Shown: positions 17,808-26,752, counted from the first letter of the stretch. The stretch is 64,000 nt of DNA from an uncultured Acidobacteriota bacterium (GCA_964619965.1 CAZUGP010000058.1:5198-69197); one strand, 5' to 3'. A program made the numbers and translations. Notes: a model not told the origin generated them from the letters alone.

Positions 17808-19253
17808 CTATTGGGGTGGCTGATTCGTGCCCAGTGTAGCCGAGGTGCACGGATCGGCGTCCGGATACGCCATCCCGGAGAACGAATCGAGAGTCGCTTG
17901 GATGTCGCCGACGTCGATCGATCCGTCCGGGACGCCCGCCTTTTGGTCGTCCGCGTAACGGCTGCAATGCGTGAAGACGTTTTGCGAGCCGTCGAGGACG
18001 CAGAGGATGTCGAAGAGGTTCACGCTGCCCTGGCCGTTCGCGTTCCCCCAGCCTCCCGTCGTGACGGATCCGGAGGCGACCGCCGCGCCGCCGGTCAGCT
18101 CGGCCGTCACGGCGTAGGTTTTGGCGGGGACGATCGCGCGGTCCCCGACCTCGATCGTGCCCCACTGCGCGGATGACCGGAAGACGGGCGTAGCGGACAG
18201 CTGGCCGGCCGCATCGACGTATTTCGGCAAACAGGCCAGGCCCGCCGAGCTTACCCGAAGCGCGACCGACGAAAGACCGGCGGGCGGCGTTACGGCGAGG
18301 TGGCGTGAGCCCTCGGCGATCACGCTGACGCAGGGCAGCCCTCCCGTATCGATCGGGCAGGCGCGCGCGAAAACGGCCAGGCTGCTGCCGACCAACCGCT
18401 CGGTGCCGGGAACGTTGCCGACACCTACCGGCACGTTGACGAGGCGCGGGGTCGGGTCGGCCATCGCCAGGGTCGTCGACCCGCCGCCATCAAGATTGAT
18501 GGCGTCCGTGACGCCGTAGTCGGAATGCAGCAGGTCGGCGAGCTCTCCGGTCGTCAGTCCTTCGCTGACGCCGGTCTGGCGGCCGTCGACGGTGAGCAGG
18601 ATGAGTTTGTTGCCCGGAGCGATGCCGATAGCGGTACGCGGATTGAGCGTGATGTCGAATGTCGCCGAGCCCGCGACGTTTAGCCCATTGCTGAGGATCT
18701 GCTCGTTGCCGCACACGGCGTTGTGAAGCACAACCGGCGGGTCCGTCGCATAGCCCGTGACGTCCCCCACGGCCTGATACACGAGGGTCGCGGTGTTGCT
18801 CGCTCCGATGTTGAACGCCGGGAGATCGTTTTGGAAGGCGCCGCCCAAGTTCCTCTCGAAGGGCGCGTAGGCGTGCCCTTCCGCGCCGCTCGTCGCGGAG
18901 GACGCCGCCAAACCGATCAACGAGGTGGTACCCGTGCCGTCGTCGGGGAAGGGTGTGAAGAAGTGCGCGTTGACGGCGAGCTGAGCGGACTGCGCCGCGA
19001 GGAACTGGCGCGTCGTCTGGATGATCGTGTCACGGGGTCCGCTCTGGGGCGTCACGCGAAAACCGATCGTCGGGTTGTCCAGATCGATCGTGATGACGTG
19101 AATCCTCAGCGGCCGCGGCGAGCTCTCCGTTCGATCCGTGTGCATGACGCCGAAGAACGGATAGGTGACCGTTTCGGATGCGTAAGAGAGTCCGGCCGAC
19201 GAGAAGGTGAGGGCGAGAACCAGTACGACTGCGATCCGGCGACGGTTGATCAT
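17808..19253 (-). CDS. phosphodiester glycosidase (NAGPA/DUF2233-like) with C-terminal dockerin-like repeats
   Basis: Real gene is the 3' 481 codons of the 886-aa track ORF. Start MINRRRIAVVLVLAL has a GAGGAG RBS. LTVDGRQTGVSEGLTTGELADLL...AINLDGGGSTTL is typical of the family. The C-terminus carries two D/N-x-D-G-type repeats. Confidence 0.75.
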   Translation of the reverse strand: MINRRRIAVVLVLALTFSSAGLSYASETVTYPFFGVMHTDRTESSPRPLRIHVITIDLDNPTIGFRVTPQSGPRDTIIQTTRQFLAAQSAQLAVNAHFFTPFPDDGTGTTSLIGLAASSATSGAEGHAYAPFERNLGGAFQNDLPAFNIGASNTATLVYQAVGDVTGYATDPPVVLHNAVCGNEQILSNGLNVAGSATFDITLNPRTAIGIAPGNKLILLTVDGRQTGVSEGLTTGELADLLHSDYGVTDAINLDGGGSTTLAMADPTPRLVNVPVGVGNVPGTERLVGSSLAVFARACPIDTGGLPCVSVIAEGSRHLAVTPPAGLSSVALRVSSAGLACLPKYVDAAGQLSATPVFRSSAQWGTIEVGDRAIVPAKTYAVTAELTGGAAVASGSVTTGGWGNANGQGSVNLFDILCVLDGSQNVFTHCSRYADDQKAGVPDGSIDVGDIQATLDSFSGMAYPDADPCTSATLGTNQPPQ

Positions 19254-19270
19254 GAGCTCCTCGACTCCCG

Positions 19271-21133
19271 CTAGGGACGCTGCTCGTGGAGCGGCGGCAC
19301 AACGTCCTGCTCGGCTCCCAGGGTCGTCATCACGAACAGGAACAGGCGCTCGGCTTGGGTCATCAGGGCGTAGCGGTCGAGCACCTCGCGCGCGACGTCG
19401 GGGCGGTTGGTGATGAGGCCGTCCACGCCTAGGCCGATCATGCGGATCATGCGGGACGGATCGTCCACCGTCCACACGTAGACTGGCTTCCCCGCGCGAT
19501 GCGCCGCCCGTAGGAAGCGGCGGTTCGCCATGGACTTTTCGACGGCGAGAAAATCCGCGGGCACGCGGCTCAAATCGCCGGCGGCCTTCGCCGAGAGCAG
19601 GCCCGAGGTCCAGGCCGGGCGCAGGCGCTTCATCTTCTGGACCATGTCGAGGCTCAACGACATGGTGACGATGTCGTTCTCCATCCCGGCGGCCTCGACG
19701 AGCTCGACGACCTTCTCTTCCAAGCGCTGGTCGTGGCCGTAGTCTTTCAGCTCGATGTCGACGCGCGACACGCCCTTGCAAGCCGCGAGCGCCTCGGCCA
19801 GCGTGGGCACCCGCTCGTCCCTGAATCGGGGATCGAAATAGCTTCCGATGTCGACGGCGCGCAGCTGCTCGGCCGTCGAATCCCAGATCTTGAGCGGGGA
19901 TCCGCCGACCTTCATCAAGTCGCTGTCGTGCACGACGACCACGACACCGTCTGAAGACTCCTGCACGTCGAGCTCGACATAGTCGGTGTGCATTTGGCCG
20001 GCGAGCCGGAACGCGGTCAGGGTGTTCTCGGGGGCGGAAGCGGCGGCTCCACGATGCGCGAAGACGGTCACGGATCGGTCGGTCCATGCGGACCGCATCA
20101 GGACGTACGCGGCCCCCGTGGCAAGCATCACGGCCAAGACGAGCAAGCCGGGGAGGGCGCGAAAGGGCACGCGCCATCGGCCTCCCTCGATCGTGAGGTC
20201 GTCGCCCGACCGCTGCGGCAGCCGCGCGTTGGCCCCCCCGCCGTTGACGGCGTAAGCGCGCACCACGATCCACGCGAATAACGCCGCGATGAAGACCCCC
20301 ACGGCGAGCGAGGCGGCACCCCAGGCGACCGCCAGTCCGCCGACGAAGAGCAAGAGGCCGCCCACACGGCCGCCGACCGCCGGTGCGATCGCGCGCCCGA
20401 TGACGTGCGCCCCCCACGTGGTGACGAGAGGGAGCGCGATGGCAAGCGCCGCCCACGCTGCGAGCCAAGAGGCTGCGGCCTTGCGGCGGCCGTTCATGCG
20501 GCGCGCGCTCTCCGCGAACGCGCGCACCGGCAGCACGCCTTCAAAGACGACGAGCGGAAGGACGAGCAGCCAGCTCAGGGCCTTTCTCACCAGGACGAGT
20601 GCTAAGAGGACGACGACCGCGGCGACGATCGCGGCCGCGGCGTAAAACGCCGGCGGGCGATCGGTGAGATAGAAGTTGATGTCGTGCCCGGTCAAGAGCG
20701 CCCAATACGTCACGCCGAGCACCGCGGCGAACGGCACGACGATCGTCAGCACGCGCACGACGATCATGGCGGTCAAGCGAAGAATGGCGAACGCGTGCGC
20801 CGCGGCATGGGCGATCGCGTCGCGCACGCGCAGCTGCGAATTCCGCAGCGCCCCGAGAACGATCGTCATCAGGCAGGCCTGTTCCAAGGCGGTGACGGCA
20901 ATGACCAAGGCCCCGATGAGTACGAGTGCCAGCGCACCCGGCCGTGTCGTGAAGAAGAAGAGGGCGATGTCGACGTCGGCGACCGCGGTCGCCCCGGTCC
21001 GCCGGATCAAAAGGCGCAACAGCACGCCGATCAACGGGGTCAGGAGCGCGAACGCGATCGCCTTGTAGACGATGTCGGTCGCGGCCAGCGTGCGCCACGC
21101 ACGGAGGACCGGTCGATTCTTGGTGCCGGGCAT
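19271..21133 (-). CDS. glycerophosphodiester phosphodiesterase with a large N-terminal polytopic membrane domain
   Basis: GDPD catalytic block FAHRGAAASAPENTLTAF...YVELDVQESSDGVVVVVHD. Start at the internal ATG (MPGTKNRP), preceded by GAGGAG. Confidence 0.88.
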   Translation of the reverse strand: MPGTKNRPVLRAWRTLAATDIVYKAIAFALLTPLIGVLLRLLIRRTGATAVADVDIALFFFTTRPGALALVLIGALVIAVTALEQACLMTIVLGALRNSQLRVRDAIAHAAAHAFAILRLTAMIVVRVLTIVVPFAAVLGVTYWALLTGHDINFYLTDRPPAFYAAAAIVAAVVVLLALVLVRKALSWLLVLPLVVFEGVLPVRAFAESARRMNGRRKAAASWLAAWAALAIALPLVTTWGAHVIGRAIAPAVGGRVGGLLLFVGGLAVAWGAASLAVGVFIAALFAWIVVRAYAVNGGGANARLPQRSGDDLTIEGGRWRVPFRALPGLLVLAVMLATGAAYVLMRSAWTDRSVTVFAHRGAAASAPENTLTAFRLAGQMHTDYVELDVQESSDGVVVVVHDSDLMKVGGSPLKIWDSTAEQLRAVDIGSYFDPRFRDERVPTLAEALAACKGVSRVDIELKDYGHDQRLEEKVVELVEAAGMENDIVTMSLSLDMVQKMKRLRPAWTSGLLSAKAAGDLSRVPADFLAVEKSMANRRFLRAAHRAGKPVYVWTVDDPSRMIRMIGLGVDGLITNRPDVAREVLDRYALMTQAERLFLFVMTTLGAEQDVVPPLHEQRP

Positions 21134-21249
21134 GTCGTCTCCTCGGTCTCGCCATATTCGCACGGGTGCTGGAAAATCCCTGGCGCGGGGTCGGATTGGC
21201 CGTAGACTCCATGCGCCATACCCCTCCACACCGGAGAGAGGAGGACCCG

Positions 21250-21855
21250 ATGAAGCCGACTAGGAATCAGTTCGCTCTCGCCGGACTCGCGATGACCCTT
21301 GGCATCGTTACGTCATGCTCGAACGGATCGAACGACATGATGCAAGGCGGCCAGGGAGCCGTAAAGATCGTGATGTCGGCGTCCGCCGCGGCGCCGGTTG
21401 CAGCGGCCGTCACGGATGGCGGCGGATCGACGACCGATCGCCCACTCAAGGCGGCCAACGTCACCTTCGCAAGCATTCTCGCCCGCAACCTCGACGGCCA
21501 GCTCATCGACGTCACCATCGAATTGCCGGTGACCGTGGACCTGCTCGGTCTCGTCAGCGGCGGGTCGTTCACGCTCCCGGCAGGATTCCTGCCGCCCGGA
21601 ACGTACGATCAGCTCGTGATCGTCATCACCGAGGTCGAGCTCACTCTGGCGAACGATACGGTGATCACGATCGATCCGCCCGGCGGCTGGACCGCGGTGA
21701 TCCCAGTGAGAGAGACATTCACCGTCGCCGAAGGCCAGACGACCACCGTCAACATCAATTTCCGCGCCGACGGGTCGCTCCGCTGGCTCAACGAGCACTG
21801 GGAGTTCCACCCCGAGTTCGACTGCGAAAACCACGACGGCGGGGACGACGACTGA
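21250..21855 (+). CDS. lipoprotein, DUF4382-like
   Basis: Start MKPTRNQFALAGLAMTLGIVTSC (lipobox-like VTSC) with a GGAGAGAGGAGG RBS. The pattern of beta-strand-rich segments resembles DUF4382. Confidence 0.7.
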   Translation: MKPTRNQFALAGLAMTLGIVTSCSNGSNDMMQGGQGAVKIVMSASAAAPVAAAVTDGGGSTTDRPLKAANVTFASILARNLDGQLIDVTIELPVTVDLLGLVSGGSFTLPAGFLPPGTYDQLVIVITEVELTLANDTVITIDPPGGWTAVIPVRETFTVAEGQTTTVNINFRADGSLRWLNEHWEFHPEFDCENHDGGDDD

Positions 21856-21942
21856 TCGTCCGCCGGGGGGCGAGACTCGGGTAACGGGTTGTCGGTACGC
21901 AACGCAATTGGTGCCGAATCGACGATCTTGGGGTGCCTCTCC

Positions 21943-21971
21943 TTGACGGCCTCGGTTGGTCGCCGGATACT
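21943..21971 (+). promoter_or_regulatory. putative sigma70-type promoter of the phd/relE operon
   Basis: TTGACG (21943..21948), 17-nt spacer, GATACT (21966..21971), about 58 nt upstream of the antitoxin ATG. The same architecture is conserved at 26669..26697. Confidence 0.45.
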
Positions 21972-22028
21972 TCCGACTGAAGGCCGGTGCATCCGAGAAT
22001 CCGTATGTGCCGACGCGGAGGCCAATCG

Positions 22029-22289
22029 ATGACCCACAAGACCGCCGCAGAGGTTGGGGCGAAGCTCCCCGAGAATCTGAAGAGCGTCGAAACAACCGGC
22101 GAACCGGTCGCAATCGAAAGCGACGGCCGTACGGTGGCGGTCCTCGTGTCGGCGGAGGACTTTGCGCTCTTGCAACGGCTCCGCGAACAGGAAGAGGACC
22201 GCATCGATAACGCCGCGGCGGACGCGGCGCTTGCCGAGCCCGGGGAGAGCATTCCCCACGAGGTCGTAAAGGCTGAGCTAGGTCTGTAA
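22029..22289 (+). CDS. type II antitoxin, Phd/YefM family
   Basis: MTHKTAAEVGAKLPENLKSVETTGEPVAIESDGRTVAVLVSAEDFALLQRL is a Phd/YefM-like N-domain. It lies 5 nt upstream of the RelE-like toxin. Confidence 0.85.
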   Translation: MTHKTAAEVGAKLPENLKSVETTGEPVAIESDGRTVAVLVSAEDFALLQRLREQEEDRIDNAAADAALAEPGESIPHEVVKAELGL

Positions 22290-22294
22290 CGCCG

Positions 22295-22552
22295 GTGCTC
22301 TACCGGATCGAGTGGCGCCCCGTCGCGCGACGTCAGCTTCGCAAGCTCCCCACAGCCGTCGCGCAACGAGTCTTTGCCCTCGTTGACTCGCTCGCCAAGA
22401 ACCCGCGCCCGGAGGGATGCCGCAAGCTCGCCGGCTTCGATGCCCGCTTCCGGGTTCGCTCAGGTGACTACCGAGCCATCTACGAAGTGCGGGACACGGT
22501 GCTCGTAGTGCTCGTCGTCACCGTCGGCCACCGTCGCGACGTCTACCGCTAA
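22295..22552 (+). CDS. type II toxin, RelE/ParE family
   Basis: 85 aa with a GTG start. Family pattern: YRIEW...A.RQLRKLP......V...LAKNPRPEGCRKL...FRVRSGDYRAIYEV....LVVLVVTVGHRRDVYR. Confidence 0.88.
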   Translation: MLYRIEWRPVARRQLRKLPTAVAQRVFALVDSLAKNPRPEGCRKLAGFDARFRVRSGDYRAIYEVRDTVLVVLVVTVGHRRDVYR

Positions 22553-22584
22553 GGACGTCTCCCCCGATGAGGTAGCCTCTCCGC

Positions 22585-24219
22585 GTGGAACGAGGCGGGA
22601 AATCGAGAGCCGTAGCACGCCTTGCTTTGCTCGCGGGCGTTGCGGTGGTCGGCGTCTACCTGGCGCACGTCGTTTCGTATTGGCAGCAGATCAACGACGA
22701 CGCCTTCATCACGTTCCGGTACAGCAAGTTCCTGGCCTTAGGACGCGGTCCGTACTTCAACGTCGGGGAGCACGTCGAGGGGTACACCAACCCGCTGCTG
22801 ATGATCGTCATGAGCGCTTGGCTCGCCGTTTTCGGCGACGCCAACGTGCTCGTCGCGGCCAAAGTGATCGGGGTCGCGGCAGGCGTCGCCAGCCTCATCT
22901 TCACTTGGCTCTTGTGCCGCAGGTGGCTTCGGAGCGTGCCCGCGCTGGCGCCGTTCGCAACACTTCTCGCCTGGCTCGCGCCGGCGCTCGTCGCAACCCA
23001 GGCGGAGTTTGCTCTCAACAGCACGACGGGCCTCGAAACGACGCTTTTTGCCGCGGGGATCATGGCGGGTTTGTGCCTTGGCCTTTCGGCCGAGGAAGCC
23101 AATCGCTGGCGGGGCGCGGGCGCGGTGTTCGCGCTCGCCGTTTGGACTCGACCCGAGGGCGCGGCCGTTTTCTTTCTGGTGATGGGTGCGAGACTCGTCG
23201 GAGGCGCTTTTGGCAGCACGGCAGCGCGCCGCCGCTGGCTGTTGGACGCGGGCATCGGCGCCGCGGCAGTGATCACGTTGTTGCTTCTGCGCTTTTCGCT
23301 CTACGACGGCGAGCTGGTGCCCAACACGTACCACGCGAAACTCGGTGGCATGACGGGCCGATCGACGGCGTTCGGCTATGTGACGGGTCTCGTCCGGTGG
23401 CATTTGGCCTGGGTGGGGTGGTTGCCGATTCCTCTGGCACTCGTCTTGGCACCTCGCGACCTGCGCCGCTGGGTATTGCCGCCACTGTGCGTCCTAGGCT
23501 TCGGTGTGGTCGCGATCTTCCTCACCGGCCCCGATTGGATGCCGGGCTACCGCTTGCTCGTGCCGTACCTGCCGTTGTGGGGCGCCCTCTCGGCGCTCGG
23601 TCTGTGTCTCGTCGCGAAGAGCTTAGGATCTAGGCCGCAGTGGATCGGCGCGACGCTTCTTTTGGCGATGATCGTGGGCCTATTCGCGTGGCAGCATCCG
23701 GTGCGCTCGAGCTTCAGAAACTACCTCGTCACCCGTGCGCGCGGCTATCGCGAGGGGCACGTCGCCCTGGCCGATTGGCTGCACGACCGCGCGCGGGCAG
23801 GGGAGACCGCGGCGCTCATGGACATCGGCATCGTGGGGTTTAGAGACATCGACCTCAACATCCTCGACCTGACGGGGTTGACCGATCGGACGATCGCTAA
23901 CTCCCCCGGAGGGTTTCTCAAGAAGCGTTATCCATTGTCGTACGTCTTGGACCGCAAGCCTGAGTTCGTGGTCGTCGTGTACACGGGACCGGAGACGATC
24001 CGGACGGATCGCCCCATGTCGCTGGTCCCGTGGACCGAGATCGAGGGCCGGCTGGTGAATGATCCCACCTTCAACGCGCTCTACGTCCGTCGGCGCGCCG
24101 CCGATCCGGGCGCGGACCTGCTCCTACAGCTGGCCGCGCACTACGGCGCCGAGCGAGTCTTCCGCCACGCGTATCCTCGAAGGAGCTACTTCCTCTTCGC
24201 CTACGCACTGCACCCGTAA
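22585..24219 (+). CDS. GT-C fold polytopic membrane glycosyltransferase (ArnT/PMT-like; family unresolved), paralog 1
   Basis: About 12 hydrophobic segments. First-loop acidic motif [37 protein letters not shown]. Soluble C-terminal domain. Paralogous to 24224..26053. Confidence 0.75.
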   Translation: MERGGKSRAVARLALLAGVAVVGVYLAHVVSYWQQINDDAFITFRYSKFLALGRGPYFNVGEHVEGYTNPLLMIVMSAWLAVFGDANVLVAAKVIGVAAGVASLIFTWLLCRRWLRSVPALAPFATLLAWLAPALVATQAEFALNSTTGLETTLFAAGIMAGLCLGLSAEEANRWRGAGAVFALAVWTRPEGAAVFFLVMGARLVGGAFGSTAARRRWLLDAGIGAAAVITLLLLRFSLYDGELVPNTYHAKLGGMTGRSTAFGYVTGLVRWHLAWVGWLPIPLALVLAPRDLRRWVLPPLCVLGFGVVAIFLTGPDWMPGYRLLVPYLPLWGALSALGLCLVAKSLGSRPQWIGATLLLAMIVGLFAWQHPVRSSFRNYLVTRARGYREGHVALADWLHDRARAGETAALMDIGIVGFRDIDLNILDLTGLTDRTIANSPGGFLKKRYPLSYVLDRKPEFVVVVYTGPETIRTDRPMSLVPWTEIEGRLVNDPTFNALYVRRRAADPGADLLLQLAAHYGAERVFRHAYPRRSYFLFAYALHP

Positions 24220-24223
24220 CGGT

Positions 24224-26053
24224 TCACTCAAAGGGCGCTTCCGCTCCGTGCATTGCGGCGGCTTTTCGGATCGCGTCCAGATCGTGGGCGCTTTGAAACT
24301 GAAGTCGTGGAAACCTGAGCCGGGCCTGCTCGATCCCCTGAGGCAGCCACGCGACCAGGTAATGCGAGTCGTCCACCATCGCAAAGTGCCGCTCGCGCTC
24401 TTTCCCGTACAAGCTGTCGAGCTGCCGCCACAGCCGCGGATTGTCGGAGCCCCACAACAGGTGGGCGGACTCCTCGACCCAAAGGTCCACGCCACTCTCA
24501 CGCGCGTAGTCCCAGGTTGCGCTCTTCCCGTGGGCCGACATCTCGCGAACGAACGGGGAGTGCGCGACGTGGGCGTCCGTCAATCCGAGCTGATCGAGCA
24601 CGCGCAGGTTGGTGTAGTAGGGGATCGCGCCGACGCAATTCAAGGCGACGTACGTGTCCCGCGGAATCGTCCCGCGGGCGAGCAAATCGTTGAGCCATCG
24701 CGCCTCGGGGATCATCGTTGCCAGGAACAGCTCGTGCTCCTCCTGTCGGATGCCGACGAAATGCCGCGTGGTCTCGCGAACCAGATCGCGGTGCGCTCCG
24801 GCGATTGCGCGCAGCAGCGGGAGCCGGTAGATCGGGCTCCGAGTCGGGTCGAGAAACTCCACGGCTCCTGCGGTCTTACCGAGCCGCAATCCTGGGAAAC
24901 CGGGAACGTACGCGTCCGGGAACTGGACGTGCGCACGGTAGGGCAGCTCGACGATTCCGGCTGTTACGAGTGCTGCGCCTGCGAGCGTCAATGCCGTTGA
25001 CCGCCGCGTCGTCGCCAGTTGCCTGACGCCGTCGTACAGAAGTAAGTAAAGGAAAGGGAAGTAGAGGTCGAGCGGCCGATACTCGAAGTGGTCTCCGCCG
25101 ATCGAGGCGATGTAGATCGCATGGGGGATGACGATCGCCCCGAAAACAACGGGCGTGACGAGACTCGACCGCTTCTTGTGAAACAACAGCGCGGCGACGA
25201 CGAGCGGCACCCAGAGGTAGACGGCGTACTCGAGGCCGAACGAGGCGAGGTACCGGCCGCCCATGGACCACCAAGTCCGGCCATCGACCTTGGCATAGTA
25301 GGTATTGGGGAACCACTCGCCGTAGTAGGCCAGGCGGAAGAGGGTGTGAGCGACGACGACACCCGCGCAGATCGCAAACGAGCGAATCGTCCACGTCAAG
25401 CGGGCGCTTGTCCGCCGCCAGCGATAGAGGCAGACGGCGCCGAAGGCGCACGCGGCGACGAGAACCCCGTCAGGCCGCGTGAGGCATGCGAGCGCGAACA
25501 GCAACGCCCCGAGGGGAGGCACCCGCGCGGCGCCGTGCTGCAGCTCCCCATCCTCGTGGATCAGCCGCAGCGCTCCGGCGACGACGAGCAGCTCGAACAG
25601 CCGCGTCTCCAATCCGCTCGTCGACCAGACCGCAACACTTCGGGTGAGCGCGAGCAAGACCAACGGGATGAGGATCAGATAGGCGTTGCGTCCGTCGGGA
25701 CGATCGCGCCAAACGAACCGCGCGAGCGCGGCCCACATCCCCACGGTGGCGGCGATCGACACGATCGACGCAGCGAACTCAGGAGCGATGCCCACGACCC
25801 GGCCCGCTGCGAGCAACAGCACCCAGAGCAGGTTCGTGTACCCCTCGACCCGCTCGAACCCGGGATTGAACACGAGACCGTGACCCTCGGCCAGGTTCCG
25901 TGCGTAACGAAAGGAGATGAACGCATCATCGGTCAAAAACCGGTACCAGCCGGCGTGGGCGAGAAGCAAGATCAACGAGACGCCGAGTGCGACCAGTAAA
26001 GGCCACGGCGCGTTTCTTCCCGGGAGGTCGGTCGGTTGGGTCTTCACGGCCAC
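24224..26053 (-). CDS. GT-C fold polytopic membrane glycosyltransferase, paralog 2
   Basis: LTDDAFISFRYARNLAEGHGLVFNPGFERVEGYTNLLW matches paralog 1. Shared C-terminal block LD.(L/T)GLTD..(I/V)A(N/H)SP. GTG start. Convergent with paralog 1 with a 4-nt gap. Confidence 0.75.
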   Translation of the reverse strand: MAVKTQPTDLPGRNAPWPLLVALGVSLILLLAHAGWYRFLTDDAFISFRYARNLAEGHGLVFNPGFERVEGYTNLLWVLLLAAGRVVGIAPEFAASIVSIAATVGMWAALARFVWRDRPDGRNAYLILIPLVLLALTRSVAVWSTSGLETRLFELLVVAGALRLIHEDGELQHGAARVPPLGALLFALACLTRPDGVLVAACAFGAVCLYRWRRTSARLTWTIRSFAICAGVVVAHTLFRLAYYGEWFPNTYYAKVDGRTWWSMGGRYLASFGLEYAVYLWVPLVVAALLFHKKRSSLVTPVVFGAIVIPHAIYIASIGGDHFEYRPLDLYFPFLYLLLYDGVRQLATTRRSTALTLAGAALVTAGIVELPYRAHVQFPDAYVPGFPGLRLGKTAGAVEFLDPTRSPIYRLPLLRAIAGAHRDLVRETTRHFVGIRQEEHELFLATMIPEARWLNDLLARGTIPRDTYVALNCVGAIPYYTNLRVLDQLGLTDAHVAHSPFVREMSAHGKSATWDYARESGVDLWVEESAHLLWGSDNPRLWRQLDSLYGKERERHFAMVDDSHYLVAWLPQGIEQARLRFPRLQFQSAHDLDAIRKAAAMHGAEAPFE

Positions 26054-26155
26054 CGTGGATTTGCGCCGAGGGCTTCGTAATCATCACCGCGTCGCCCGGT
26101 TGCCAGCGGGTTGCACCGCGCAACTGTCCGCTGCAGTGTTGTCAGGCGACGCTCC

Positions 26156-26323
26156 TCAACGGTACACGTCGGAACGGTGGCGGACCGCGCTGATATCGAC
26201 AACATGCCCGGGATCCGATACGAGGCGTTCGATCCGACGAAAGACCCGAGTCCGTGTCGGCTCGCCCAACCGCTCCAGTTCCTTGCGCGCGCTTCGCGCG
26301 AACGTAATGGAGTATCTCGCCAT
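26156..26323 (-). pseudogene. RelE/ParE-like toxin with an in-frame internal deletion (55 codons)
   Basis: Absent from the ORF track because it is under 60 aa. Manual translation: MARYSITFARSARKELERLGEPTRTRVFRRIERLVSDPGHVVDISAVRHRSDVYR. The N-terminal roughly 38 aa and the C-terminal RHRSDVYR match RelE/ParE, but the central roughly 30 aa (the ...RVGDYR... core) is missing. The ATG overlaps the antitoxin stop (TAATG). Confidence 0.6.
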
Positions 26324-26511
26324 TACCGGCGCTTGCTGGGAAGGCGAAGCCGTCGCCGGACGCTTGCTAGAGTCTCTCGGGGCTCTTTGGCCCGCGATTT
26401 TGCGATGGCAACGTCGTAGAAGTCCTCCCAGAGTTCGGCGTTCTTCTTGAGGTCGATGAGCACCGCAGTCTTCTCGCCGTCATCGTCGACCAAGAACTGA
26501 ACACCTCGCAT
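26323..26511 (-). CDS. small antitoxin-like protein (62 aa), partner of the deleted RelE-like gene
   Basis: MRGVQFLVDDDGEKTAVLIDLKKNAELWEDFYDVAIAKSRAKEPRETLASVRRRL is a typical short antitoxin pattern. AAGGGAG RBS, start at the internal ATG at 26511, and stop-start overlap with the toxin remnant. Confidence 0.65.
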   Translation of the reverse strand: MRGVQFLVDDDGEKTAVLIDLKKNAELWEDFYDVAIAKSRAKEPRETLASVRRRLRLPSKRR

Positions 26512-26539
26512 GGTTGCTCCCTTCGACATCCCGCCTGCG

Positions 26540-26545
26540 ATTATA
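26540..26545 (-). promoter_or_regulatory. possible -10 box (TATAAT) for the 26511 antitoxin operon
   Basis: Perfect TATAAT on the minus strand, 28 nt upstream of the ATG. I found no convincing -35. Confidence 0.3.
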
Positions 26546-26668
26546 CCCGCAGAGCGCCAGAGATCTCCGCGGACAATGCCGGTTACGTGTCGGGTCCGGG
26601 GCACGGTGGCCGGGTTATCGGCCTGCAACGGAAGTGCCCCCGAATCGGGGCTTCCTGAGTGCCTCGCC

Positions 26669-26697
26669 TTGACGGTCACCTATGGTCACCGGATACT
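26669..26697 (+). promoter_or_regulatory. putative sigma70-type promoter of the second phd copy, with tandem GGTCACC repeats in the spacer
   Basis: TTGACG (26669..26674), 17-nt spacer, GATACT (26692..26697). GGTCACC occurs at 26674..26680 and 26684..26690, which may be operator half-sites. Confidence 0.45.
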
Positions 26698-26752
26698 CCC
26701 GGTGCACGCAGCGCATCCGAGAGTTCGAATGTTCCGGACAGGAGACCAAGCG

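Noticed and set aside
15662-17839. 725-aa plus-strand ORF
   Set aside because: Antisense to the prolyl oligopeptidase gene, which carries the GGSNGG catalytic motif and a signal peptide. The translation is low-complexity.
19254-20468. N-terminal 405 codons of the 886-aa minus-strand ORF
   Set aside because: Overlaps the GDPD gene in another frame and is Arg/Gly/Pro-rich. The real gene starts at MINRRR (19253) with an RBS and signal peptide.
21856-21900. Possible degenerate older att copy (gccgg...agact...gg) at the left edge of the accessory zone
   Set aside because: Only scattered matches, roughly half of the positions by eye over about 20 nt. This is indistinguishable from chance in GC-rich DNA.
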